Origin: a virus
Taxonomy: Duplodnaviria; Caudoviricetes
DNA length: 64,000 nt
Direction: 5' to 3' (one strand)
Virus record (IMG/VR): IMGVR_UViG_3300017764_000001
The notes below the pieces were generated by a model that did not search any database, was not told the DNA's origin, and saw nothing but the letters and a program-made list of their open reading frames with translations. Of this stretch, positions 24,201 through 32,504 are shown piece by piece (position 1 is the first letter of the stretch; each line of letters starts with the position of its first letter). The position numbers were made by a program, and so were the translations under genes.

Positions 24201-27200
24201 TATTTTTGAAAATAGTAAATATAATAAAGAATTTAAAGTTTCTTCCGGAGTTGGAGTAACTACTTTTAATTTATATCTAGAAGATGATCCAGAAAGATTT
24301 TCATATCTTCCTTCAGAATGTGAAATACTTGAATATTCCACTACATCTAAAAATGCAAAAGGGGGTATAGATTCTTTAAATATTATATCCTCAGGAAGTG
24401 GTTATAAAAAACTTCCATCTGTTGTTGGATCTTCATCGACAATAGCAGAAAATGAACTAATTACTATCTCTTCTAATAAAGTTGGAAATATCAGAGATAT
24501 TGATATTATCAATGATGAATTTAAATATTACACTGACAATACATTAAGACCAACAGCTTCACTTCCAAGTATTTTGGAAGTGAAGAATGGAAATACTATT
24601 AATTCTATTTTAGTAGAAGATCCTGGTGAGGGCTACTTTAGTGCTCCTAGTTTAGTATTAGTTGATAAAGTCACGGGAGAAAAACTTAATACTGGTTTCT
24701 TAGAAGCTAATTTTGATGGAGCCATATCAAGTGTATCTATCTTAGAGGAACCAAAGGGACTTCCAGATAATGGTGTTGTTGTAAAATCAATATTTAATAC
24801 AAATGGATTTACAATTGATACAATTGATTCTACTGTTGGAACTGGTATCACATGTACTTTAGTTACACCAATTTCTGGATTTAGTACGGCACCATTTAAA
24901 GTTGGTGATGAAATATATGTTGAGGGAATATTAAAAAGTAGCAATGATGGAACAGGACATAATTCTGAAGATTATGGATATAGATTCTTTAAAATAAAAT
25001 CTATACCGGATCCTTTAGCTAATCCAAATCCAAATCCATTTAAGGTTGAATTTGATGTAGTTGGATTGACAACCAATACAGGAATAGCAGTTACTATATC
25101 GAATGGATTTGGTAGAATAATACCTAAAAGTAAATATCCATCTTTTGAAGTAGTTTTAAACTCATCTCCATTCGTACCTGGAGAGAAAGTTAATGTTAAT
25201 GGGACACAAAAAAATATAGAAGTTGTTAGATCAACTGAAGGTGAACTTGTTCTGTTTGGTTCTGATAGTGAAATATTAAAAATAGGTGATAAAATTACAG
25301 GAAGAGGATCCTTAACTTCTGCAGAAATTAATAAGATAAATGAAAATAATGGAACTTTTGATGTAGATTTTTCATATAAAACTAATATAGGATGGGAGGA
25401 CTCAGTAGGGAAATTAAGTGTTGATCATCAGGTTATTCCAGATAATGATTATTACCAAAATTTATCATATTCTGTACGAAGTAATCAAACTTGGAAAGAA
25501 ATAAAATCACCCGTTGGCAGACTTGTTCATACTTCAGGATTGAAAAATTTCTCCGATACTCAAATTATATCGGATGCAAAAACTAGTGTTGGTTCTTCAG
25601 AACAATCAATTTCAATTAGTGACACTATTGATGAATCTAGAGTTGATATTCTTAGAGGGATAGATCTTGCTAGAGATGATGAATCTAATGGAGAAGTTTC
25701 AAATTTCTTACAATTCAACAAAACTAGATTTGTTAACTTTGTTGACTGCAAAACAAATAATGTTCTTCCTATTGATAACATAAATCAACAATTTTCTAAT
25801 TTAGAATCTGATCCCGATAGATTTTTGAATCTTGATATTCTCGACACATCAGTAAGATATGATAATTATCTAATTAGAATTGAAAGTTTTGCACATGATG
25901 AAAAGCAATTGCAACTTTCGGAGTTTGTACTGTTATCTAATGGAATAGATCAAACTTTGTTTAGTAAATCAGAATTAACTAACTCTGGAATAGCTTTTAC
26001 TACTTTTGCTGAAGATAAATTTGGAGAATATGTAATAGAGACAAATACTGAAGAGGATCTTTCTTATCTTAGGTTTGTACCAAATGATCCAAATAATATT
26101 GACTATGATTTAAAATTTATTAAAACAAGTACCATTAGTGGCACTGGTATAGGAACACAAAGTTTTGGATTTATTGATTTAGTATCATCAAATAAAACTG
26201 CCAATACAGGAATAACAACAACGATATTTTCAAAAAATATAGATGAAATAGAATCTGCATATATTGTCACCAAGGTTATCAACTCCTCTACAAAAGAAAT
26301 GAATTTTGTGGAAACATATGTGACTCATGATGGAACTGATACTTATATTTCTGAATATTTTGTTGATGCTGGAGGTGAAACTCTTAATAATAGAATAGGT
26401 CTCTCAACTGCTTCTATTAGTAATAATCAATTAGTATTTTTATATGAAAATGATACTAGTGATACTATACAAATTAGATCTAAGATAGTTGGATTTGGTA
26501 CAACTAGTTCTGGAAATGGTGAATATAGATATTTGGTTGATGGTCAAACTGCTGAAACTGAGAGAACAGCAAAATATGAGGCATCTTTTAAAGTTGGTGT
26601 TGGAACAACTGCAATATTCTCAGGTTATCCTTTAACTTTTGATGCTGTTAAATGTAATGTTGAAGTAAGTAGTGCAGGAACTTCAAAGGCACTTCATCAA
26701 ATAACTGCTATACATGATGGAACCAATGCATATTTACAGCAATCTCAATTCCTTGCAAATAATTATGATTCCACATTGGGATTAGGAACATTTAGTGCAA
26801 CATATAGTGCAAGTAACTTTATTGTTAATTTCCATCCTGAAGATACTACAGGTATTACAACCGTTAAAACTTTCAATCAAGTTTTTTACAAAAATATAGA
26901 TGAAAATAATGATCCAAATGATTTAATTTATGGAAATATAATTGAAAGTGCGGAATTTAAATTCTATAATGCGATTAATGGAAACAGAATAAACAGAAAA
27001 CAGTTTGACTTAAAAAATAATAATATTGATATATTTAAAAAGACTTTTAATCCTTCAGTTGCAATTACTTCGTCCATAGTAGATGTTGGAATTGCATATA
27101 GTGCATTTAACATCAAGAATCATTTCTTTAGAACTGGTGAGGAATTAATTTATACTCCCAAATCTACATTTGTTGGAGTTGGATCAACACCAATGCAGTA

Positions 27201-30200
27201 TACTATAGATGGTTCTGCGATTGGGATATTAACATCTAGAGTTTTTGCAATAAGGCATGATGATAATGAATTTGGTATTGCAACAACTAAAGCACATGCT
27301 AATTCTGGAATAGGTATCACAGTTAAATCTTTTGGAAAGGGAAATGCTCATACATTTGAAATGGTTAAGTCAAATGAAAAAGCATTAATGGCAATTGACG
27401 GTATTGTTCAAACTCCAATAGCCAATACAAACATTACACATACTGTAAATAATAATCCTGTTTCTGGAATATCAACAGTTCAAACTACTTTTGCTTTAAG
27501 TGGAATTTCTTCCATAAGTGTCATCAACATTCTTAAAGTTGAAGAAGAATATATGAGAGTTGAAAATGTTGGTATTGGAACCTCTTCTATAGGACCTATC
27601 ACACCAGGAATAGGAACATTCAATCTGGTAACTGTTGAAAGAGGTGCAGTCGGTAGTTCTGCTACTTCTCATGCAAATGGATCAGTTGTTGAACTCTATA
27701 AAGGAAATTATAATATAGTTGATAGTAAAGTTCATTTTATTGAAGCACCTAGAGGAAATCCTCAGGGTCAAGATAAAAATGGATTACCATTCTCAAGATC
27801 TGTATTTAACGGTAGAGTTTATCTAAGAAATAATTATACCGGTAACTTCTTATATGATGATATATCAGATCAATTTACAGGAATAACATCAGAATTTAAT
27901 TTAACTGTTAATGGAGAAAATGTTACCGGTATAGGGACTAGTGGTGGACAAGGTGTATTATTCATTAACGGAATATTCCAGACACCAGAAACTGATAATA
28001 ATCCTCAACAAAATTATCAAATTATTGAAGATTTAACAGCAGGTATAACGACAGTTAAATTTACTGGAATGTATGTAAATGATATTGAACAAGATTTTAT
28101 TAGTGAATCTGATGTAAACGTAAATCAAATTCCTAGAGGTGGACTACCAATTAGTATTGGATCTACTGAAGGACTTGGATATGCTCCTTTGATAGGTGCA
28201 AAACTTCGTCCTGTAGTTGTAGGAGGTGTCATAACCGATGTTGTTGGTGTTGCTACAACAGGTTCATCTTTTGGAATTACAACAGCAGCATATAACAAGA
28301 CAACGGGTATTTTATCAGTTACCACTAATACAGATCATGGATTAGTATTTGGAAATCAAAGTAAAGATGAAGTGAGATTAGTTGGTTTAGAGTTTGATTG
28401 TCCACCAGGATCTGGAATTACAACAACAATATATCCGGAGAATGGTCCTAGAAATTATCAACTTGTTGGTGTTTCTTCTGCACAGACATTCCAAATAAAT
28501 GTTGGAACTAGTACAATTACACATAATTATGTTGGAAGTGGAACTGTGACACAGTTTTTCCCAGATCTAAGTTTTGGTTCTGGTTATAATGGAATTGTTT
28601 CTGTTTCAGTTGCGGTTACAGAATCTGGGCATTCGGGGACTGCTGCCGTAATAACTGGAGCACCTGTTGGATTTAACACACATAGATTTGTCAGTGCCAC
28701 AGCAGGAATTCAAAAATCTGGAAGTCCTGCAATTCAACCTGGAGATGGAACATCTTATGATCCTAGAGTTGGAATTCTAACAGTTGCAGCTGCATCTCAC
28801 GGACTTTCTACTAATGATTTGGTAACAATTGAAGATGGATCTTTAATATTCTCCTGTGCTCAAGATAGTTTCCAAACTTTACATGCATATCCAAGAAGCA
28901 CTGATTACATATCAGGAGTTTCCACTGCTATCACTAAAGTAAATAATGATAAATTTACAGTATTTGTTGGAACATCTCCAGCACATGGTGGAGGAGCACT
29001 AAAATTCACTATTTCCAATGGTGGAACAGGTTATAGTGATCCTGAAATATTTGTCTCCGAACCATCGTATGAAAATCTTTCTGTAGTAGGTATTTCTAGA
29101 AGAGGAATTGGTTCTACTACTGATACTGGAGTTGGATTGAAAATTGATGTCATACCAACTCCAAGTTCAGATTATACTGGAATAGGATCAGAATTATTTG
29201 AAGTATCTCAATTTAAAGTTAGCACTCCTGGATATGGATTCTTACCTGGAGATGAATTTAAAGCAGTTGGATTAGTTACTTCTAGATTTATAGAGTCCTT
29301 GATAAAAGAATTTAAAATGGAGGTCACAGAAGCATTCAGTGATGCATTCTCACTTTGGCAGTTTGGTGAATTTGATTACATTGACTCCATTAAACCATTA
29401 CAAAATGGCAGAAGAACTAGATTCCCATTAAAATATGAAAATGAAATAATTAGTGTTGAAGCTAATGATGCTTTTGATGTTGAATTAAATCCAATTTTAT
29501 TAATCTTTAGAAATAGAGTTATTCAAGAACCAGGAAAAACTTATGAATTTGTTGGAGGAACAACGGTCAATTTCAAAATTGCTCCAAGAATTGAAGATGA
29601 CATACACATTTTCTTCTATAAAGGAACCGATGGTGAAGATTCTGTTATAGTTGATGCTCCACCCAAACCAATTGAACTTGGTGATGAAGTGAAAGTTATG
29701 TCAAAACCAAATCAAGATGACCGATTAGTATCTGACTTTACTCAATCAGATACCATTAGAACAAATTCATATAGAGGTTTAGGTATAACAACAGAGTTTA
29801 AACCAGTCGAAGTTACAAGACAAAAAGATGATTTAATTCTTGATGGTAGATTAATTAGTAAATCTAGAGAGTTATTGGAACCTAAAATTTTCCCAACGGC
29901 AAAAATAATTTATGACGTTAATTCTACTGATGGACAGTTTTTTATAGATAATGTTGGTAGGTTATTCCATTATGAAAATGATTCATCGTCTTATGATGTA
30001 AGAATTGTTTCTGGAGAATCTAACCCAGTAGCATCTGCAGTAACAGCGACTGTTTCTGCAGCAGGAACGATAACAAATTTAACTATCGTAAGTGGTGGAT
30101 CTGGATATGAATCTATTCCTACATTAAAAATACAGGCACCTCCTACACAGATAGGTGTTGGTGTTGGAACCACAGCAACTGGTACAGTTACAATTAGTAA

Positions 30201-30852
30201 TGGTTCGGTTAATGGATTTACAATTACAAATCCTGGACTTGGATATTCTCAATTAAATCCACCTCAAGTTCTTGTATCTCTACCTGACTCTTTGAATGTA
30301 GAACTTGTTACTGGAATAACATCAATTAAGGGAGGTGATGGTGTTATTACTGGAATAGGAACTACAATTGTTGGTGGTAATTTGGGAATTGCATTTACTG
30401 CCGTCAATCAAATTAGTTTTGATGAAAACGTTTTTGTACCTGGCAATCCAATTTATATTTACAATACTGAAGTTGGAAATGGTGTTACATCTATCGATGG
30501 AAGTGATTCCGAAGTTGTTGGTATAGGAACTACATGTCTTGATAATGTTTACATTATAAAAGAGTTTAGCAGCACTGGAGTCCCACCAAATGATGTTATA
30601 GGAATAATTACATGTAGAATCGATTCTGGAACTGATACTACCCAGATTCCAACTACCGTTGGTTTTACGACAGATCCTATCGGTAAATTCTCTGTTGGTA
30701 TTGTGACTGGTGCTAACGTTACAAGATCATCAAATCCATTGTCTATTGGTGTTACTGGATTTACAATTAATTCTGGATTAAGCACATTCCCAACTCTTCA
30801 AAGATTTGGTGGAGGTCAAACTTTATTCAACACCGGAGCAATTTCCAAATAG
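18208..30852 (+). CDS. gp7: giant baseplate wedge initiator (gp7-like), 4214 aa
   Basis: Between gp6 and gp8. N-terminal SQLPNFI...FLKQYYISQE and FYQSKGTDESFRILF. Ser/Thr/Gly-rich beta repeats and an internal YHYH-type domain. Confidence 0.82.
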   Translation: MIQTGFETRIKIQNIVSSQLPNFILDESPKTVDFLKQYYISQEYQSGPIDLSTNLDQYLDLDNLIPEVVVDSTTITGDVTSSDSIINVSNTKGFPQEYGLLKIGNEIISYTGITTNSFTGCIRGFSGISSYRTDSDNEEIVFTKASAESHSSNSSVQNLSSLFLKEFYKKFKTTFAPGLENNNFVSTLNVGNFLKEIKSFYQSKGTDESFRILFEILYGDSPTVINLEENLIKPSFAEYRRREVAIAKVISGEASFLKGQGLFKENSNIVASISDISPFSIDNEIFYKLFLFVGYDEDSDIQGRFLSTPNSKCTEDVQTNASIINVDSTIGFGATGSLRSGSNVISYTDKTVNQFLNCEGVTTSISQGDLVHDKQIYYGYENGDINKKVELIFFTTLSNFIPDGNVNINENDPIGIKNLGDKVINPLQNKSPKQILANSWIYNTNSSYFISNYDTGTLELFSKIDKSSLKLGDFVEIVERDTGKVIFPDDSNNPFVALNGQEIQEKKSVTLDGGFNQDKLGITTDFNLRKILNKANIGSQSNVSFKYGNKSLISDIQNVYFDDEYAYVASNSLPSAKTRKGTTGFPFSEDIDIKIKKLVIDLDNQIGGILTSFNELTQEFSAIEIRDNLGKSVFKTGDKIFYQPQGDVLVGLETGNYFVEVIDGAGFNDQIKLYGSNYLIGTENHLTLSGAGTHTITLESQKSGIIGPQKLLKKFPIKQQLVDGNKEETIPGGIGLLINGVEITNYKSVDKVYYGPLKKINVLNGGENFDVINPPKIVIESGLGNTALAQPVVSGSIEEVLIDFDTYNFNIDKVISISVTGGNGSGCVLEPSILNTFREVEFDARIADVGGGINTITNQIIFDVEHGFISGQEVIYDSNLGVQVGIQTIGSGGKSNLVNKSTYVVDVTNNVSIRLHENFDDYSAGINTVSFTGATGSGIQKIKIGPLNVLKDIVVINPGERYTNKKLIVTSSGISTEYDWIQFENHGFNNGDLIDYSIASGDGTSSPQVISGLSTNKKYQVLKIDNNKFRLCDAGIGGTITDNFIRKNYVKINESSGTGYQQFSYPPINVDFRFSTVGLGTTSEQSITLTPIVKGSITSVDLYDKGAGYGSSIINYEDKPTISIQNGKDARVLPIISNGRIDFINVEYGGEDYYSVPDVVITDSSKSGSGCVLRAIIKNNKLDSVKVIKSGIGYSSADTSISIVSSGINQVLDSEIRDLTIITNEIFESNKLLIDNDDNELKYSVCGYDVDLFSDSNDSISGIIGWAYDGNPIYGPYGSKDPNEFTTPSTLVSGYTKSAASVIDRPSTDDFAEGFFVEDYQYDGTNADLDEHNGRYEKNKDFPNGVYAYHAVVDIKSKGNAPLFPFFIGNSFRSKKIAENFQFDFDQSYDFNNSTLQRNTLPYNTNEPFADNFFIKIKKNQKINVDKTTSGNINNISIVNGGENFKINDIIKFDNRETNGSGLNVKVSSLKGKEITKIDTVGITNNAVLTWGGSKIKVTIDTEHDFKNGDYISLSGISTDSLKRLEKYHRITVQDNSTSRTISSISAGAASTEIFVSFIPNYVSTGSTIGIGDEQLTVLNVFENLNVLRVLRGSPGVSHTESSLVNYNTKLFTVDGEFPFFDSKNNNQVRFNAAESVGLGTTSGTGFSTSFIFGSSTVSREIPTRGIYLENHPFKTNQLIRLTNPTLRKLIVYSSGPDGVLSDLINGNYYAVNKSKNVIGIKTGIGSSEVYFRGFSASGDTGNDDRYLFESIFDQVTSNVKSIKTTISVSTSHDLKKNDIVKLNIVPNLSVGIGTTASSVVVKVDNITKQILINPVGFNSSSINTTTNQISLINHEFKTGDKVRYTAPEVASGLDTGGYFILKVDDDNIKLGKVYSDVISINPKIVSIGASGGELHTLSLINPELKVTKNNNLSFNLSDSSLSGYEFKIYHDQDFKNEFVSTGNTTLFTILSSGINGTVGASLTVYSDNNSPTSLTYNIEKSGYISTSDKEVKNYSTIIFENSKYNKEFKVSSGVGVTTFNLYLEDDPERFSYLPSECEILEYSTTSKNAKGGIDSLNIISSGSGYKKLPSVVGSSSTIAENELITISSNKVGNIRDIDIINDEFKYYTDNTLRPTASLPSILEVKNGNTINSILVEDPGEGYFSAPSLVLVDKVTGEKLNTGFLEANFDGAISSVSILEEPKGLPDNGVVVKSIFNTNGFTIDTIDSTVGTGITCTLVTPISGFSTAPFKVGDEIYVEGILKSSNDGTGHNSEDYGYRFFKIKSIPDPLANPNPNPFKVEFDVVGLTTNTGIAVTISNGFGRIIPKSKYPSFEVVLNSSPFVPGEKVNVNGTQKNIEVVRSTEGELVLFGSDSEILKIGDKITGRGSLTSAEINKINENNGTFDVDFSYKTNIGWEDSVGKLSVDHQVIPDNDYYQNLSYSVRSNQTWKEIKSPVGRLVHTSGLKNFSDTQIISDAKTSVGSSEQSISISDTIDESRVDILRGIDLARDDESNGEVSNFLQFNKTRFVNFVDCKTNNVLPIDNINQQFSNLESDPDRFLNLDILDTSVRYDNYLIRIESFAHDEKQLQLSEFVLLSNGIDQTLFSKSELTNSGIAFTTFAEDKFGEYVIETNTEEDLSYLRFVPNDPNNIDYDLKFIKTSTISGTGIGTQSFGFIDLVSSNKTANTGITTTIFSKNIDEIESAYIVTKVINSSTKEMNFVETYVTHDGTDTYISEYFVDAGGETLNNRIGLSTASISNNQLVFLYENDTSDTIQIRSKIVGFGTTSSGNGEYRYLVDGQTAETERTAKYEASFKVGVGTTAIFSGYPLTFDAVKCNVEVSSAGTSKALHQITAIHDGTNAYLQQSQFLANNYDSTLGLGTFSATYSASNFIVNFHPEDTTGITTVKTFNQVFYKNIDENNDPNDLIYGNIIESAEFKFYNAINGNRINRKQFDLKNNNIDIFKKTFNPSVAITSSIVDVGIAYSAFNIKNHFFRTGEELIYTPKSTFVGVGSTPMQYTIDGSAIGILTSRVFAIRHDDNEFGIATTKAHANSGIGITVKSFGKGNAHTFEMVKSNEKALMAIDGIVQTPIANTNITHTVNNNPVSGISTVQTTFALSGISSISVINILKVEEEYMRVENVGIGTSSIGPITPGIGTFNLVTVERGAVGSSATSHANGSVVELYKGNYNIVDSKVHFIEAPRGNPQGQDKNGLPFSRSVFNGRVYLRNNYTGNFLYDDISDQFTGITSEFNLTVNGENVTGIGTSGGQGVLFINGIFQTPETDNNPQQNYQIIEDLTAGITTVKFTGMYVNDIEQDFISESDVNVNQIPRGGLPISIGSTEGLGYAPLIGAKLRPVVVGGVITDVVGVATTGSSFGITTAAYNKTTGILSVTTNTDHGLVFGNQSKDEVRLVGLEFDCPPGSGITTTIYPENGPRNYQLVGVSSAQTFQINVGTSTITHNYVGSGTVTQFFPDLSFGSGYNGIVSVSVAVTESGHSGTAAVITGAPVGFNTHRFVSATAGIQKSGSPAIQPGDGTSYDPRVGILTVAAASHGLSTNDLVTIEDGSLIFSCAQDSFQTLHAYPRSTDYISGVSTAITKVNNDKFTVFVGTSPAHGGGALKFTISNGGTGYSDPEIFVSEPSYENLSVVGISRRGIGSTTDTGVGLKIDVIPTPSSDYTGIGSELFEVSQFKVSTPGYGFLPGDEFKAVGLVTSRFIESLIKEFKMEVTEAFSDAFSLWQFGEFDYIDSIKPLQNGRRTRFPLKYENEIISVEANDAFDVELNPILLIFRNRVIQEPGKTYEFVGGTTVNFKIAPRIEDDIHIFFYKGTDGEDSVIVDAPPKPIELGDEVKVMSKPNQDDRLVSDFTQSDTIRTNSYRGLGITTEFKPVEVTRQKDDLILDGRLISKSRELLEPKIFPTAKIIYDVNSTDGQFFIDNVGRLFHYENDSSSYDVRIVSGESNPVASAVTATVSAAGTITNLTIVSGGSGYESIPTLKIQAPPTQIGVGVGTTATGTVTISNGSVNGFTITNPGLGYSQLNPPQVLVSLPDSLNVELVTGITSIKGGDGVITGIGTTIVGGNLGIAFTAVNQISFDENVFVPGNPIYIYNTEVGNGVTSIDGSDSEVVGIGTTCLDNVYIIKEFSSTGVPPNDVIGIITCRIDSGTDTTQIPTTVGFTTDPIGKFSVGIVTGANVTRSSNPLSIGVTGFTINSGLSTFPTLQRFGGGQTLFNTGAISK

Positions 30853-30856
30853 TCTT

Positions 30857-30864
30857 TATAAATA
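30857..30864 (+). promoter_or_regulatory. late promoter
   Basis: TATAAATA upstream of gp8. Confidence 0.8.
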
Positions 30865-30881
30865 TCTAAAAAACTATCGAT

Positions 30882-32495
30882 ATGTCCGCCGTAGTAACAG
30901 ATCAATTTAGAATTGCTAATGCCACTAGTTTTATAGAATCCGTTTTAAACGATAATAATTCTTATTACGTTTTTTTGGGATTACCTAATCCCACTGTGGC
31001 AGGATTTGGTAGAACTACAACATCTAACGATTGGCCTTTGGCACCTGTCGATAATTTGAGTTATCAAACACATTATAGAGACTCTATGTTGTTTGGTAAA
31101 AGGATAAATAGCGCTAATATTAGAAGAGTTGTAAAAAAGCATACTTGGGTTAAAAATAATCGTTATGACATGTATCGACATGATTATAGTGCCACTAATT
31201 TAGCACCTAATTCAAAAACTACTAATTTATACAGATCAAATTACTATGTAATGAATAGTGATTTTGAAGTTTATATTTGTATTGATAATGGATCAAGTGG
31301 ACTTCCAGCAGAATCTACTGCAAAAGGTAATAGATCCCTGATTGAACCAAATTTTAATGATGTAGAACCGATAACTCAATCTGATGGATATACCTGGAAA
31401 TATTTGTTTACCATTGCACCTAGTGATATTATAAAATTTGATTCTACCGAATATATTGTCTTACCAAATGATTGGTCTACAACAACAGATTCTCAAATAA
31501 AAACCATTCGTGAATCTGGCAATTCTGATACGAGTAAAAATCAAATAAAAAAAGTATATATCAAAAATCGAGGAAAAACCGGTGGATATGTATCTTCAGT
31601 GTCTTCAGGACCTCATACATTAAACATTTTTGGAGATGGCACAGGAGGAAAGGTTAGTGTAACAGTCACATCTACAGGTAAAATAGACACAGTAAAAGTA
31701 ATATCCGGGGGATCTGGATATACGTATGGTATTGTTGATTTAGGACCAATACAAACATCTGATGATAATAGTGATGCTTTGGGAGAATTAGTCCCTATTA
31801 TACCCCCATCAAAGGGACATGGGCATGATATTTATAAAGAACTTGGAGCTGATAAAGTTTTAATATATGCCAGATTTGACGATTCTTCTAAAGATTTTCC
31901 TGTAGACTCTACTTTTGCTCAGGTTGGAATTATTAAAAATCCTGAAAAATTTGCTTCAACGGATACATATAAAGCAAATGAATTTTCATCTTTAGATTCA
32001 TTTAAAGTTAGCACTTCATTATCAGAAAATACCGACGATTATGCAGGAGTAAAAATTACACAAGATCTTGGTGATGGTAAGGGAATAGCTAGAGGATACA
32101 TTGCATCATATGATATAGATACAAGAATAGTGAAGTATTTTCAGGATAGATCATTATTTTTTGCTTCCGCAACTGGTGGCACAGGAGGTGGTGATAGTCA
32201 TCTTGATACAATTGATGTTTCTGAAAGATCTAAAGTTTTAAAATTTGAAGGAACTAATGATATAACAATCAATGCTCCTGGTAATATACAAACAAGAAAT
32301 ATTGACACTTCATTAACTGGAATTACATCAACTGTTAATAATAAAATTATTAATCTTGGAGTTGAATATGCAAATGGGGTTGCTGAACCAGAGATAAATA
32401 AAAAGACGGGAGACATAATTTACATCACAAATCGATCTGCTGTTCAGAGAGATTTGAGACAAAAAGAAGACATTAAAATTGTCCTTGAATTCTAA
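30882..32495 (+). CDS. gp8: baseplate wedge subunit gp8
   Basis: MSAVVTDQFRI, YDMYRHDY, YVMNSDFEVYICIDNG, DGYTWKYLFTI, IIPPSKGHG. Confidence 0.92.
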   Translation: MSAVVTDQFRIANATSFIESVLNDNNSYYVFLGLPNPTVAGFGRTTTSNDWPLAPVDNLSYQTHYRDSMLFGKRINSANIRRVVKKHTWVKNNRYDMYRHDYSATNLAPNSKTTNLYRSNYYVMNSDFEVYICIDNGSSGLPAESTAKGNRSLIEPNFNDVEPITQSDGYTWKYLFTIAPSDIIKFDSTEYIVLPNDWSTTTDSQIKTIRESGNSDTSKNQIKKVYIKNRGKTGGYVSSVSSGPHTLNIFGDGTGGKVSVTVTSTGKIDTVKVISGGSGYTYGIVDLGPIQTSDDNSDALGELVPIIPPSKGHGHDIYKELGADKVLIYARFDDSSKDFPVDSTFAQVGIIKNPEKFASTDTYKANEFSSLDSFKVSTSLSENTDDYAGVKITQDLGDGKGIARGYIASYDIDTRIVKYFQDRSLFFASATGGTGGGDSHLDTIDVSERSKVLKFEGTNDITINAPGNIQTRNIDTSLTGITSTVNNKIINLGVEYANGVAEPEINKKTGDIIYITNRSAVQRDLRQKEDIKIVLEF

Positions 32496-32504
32496 TAAAA
32501 AAAG

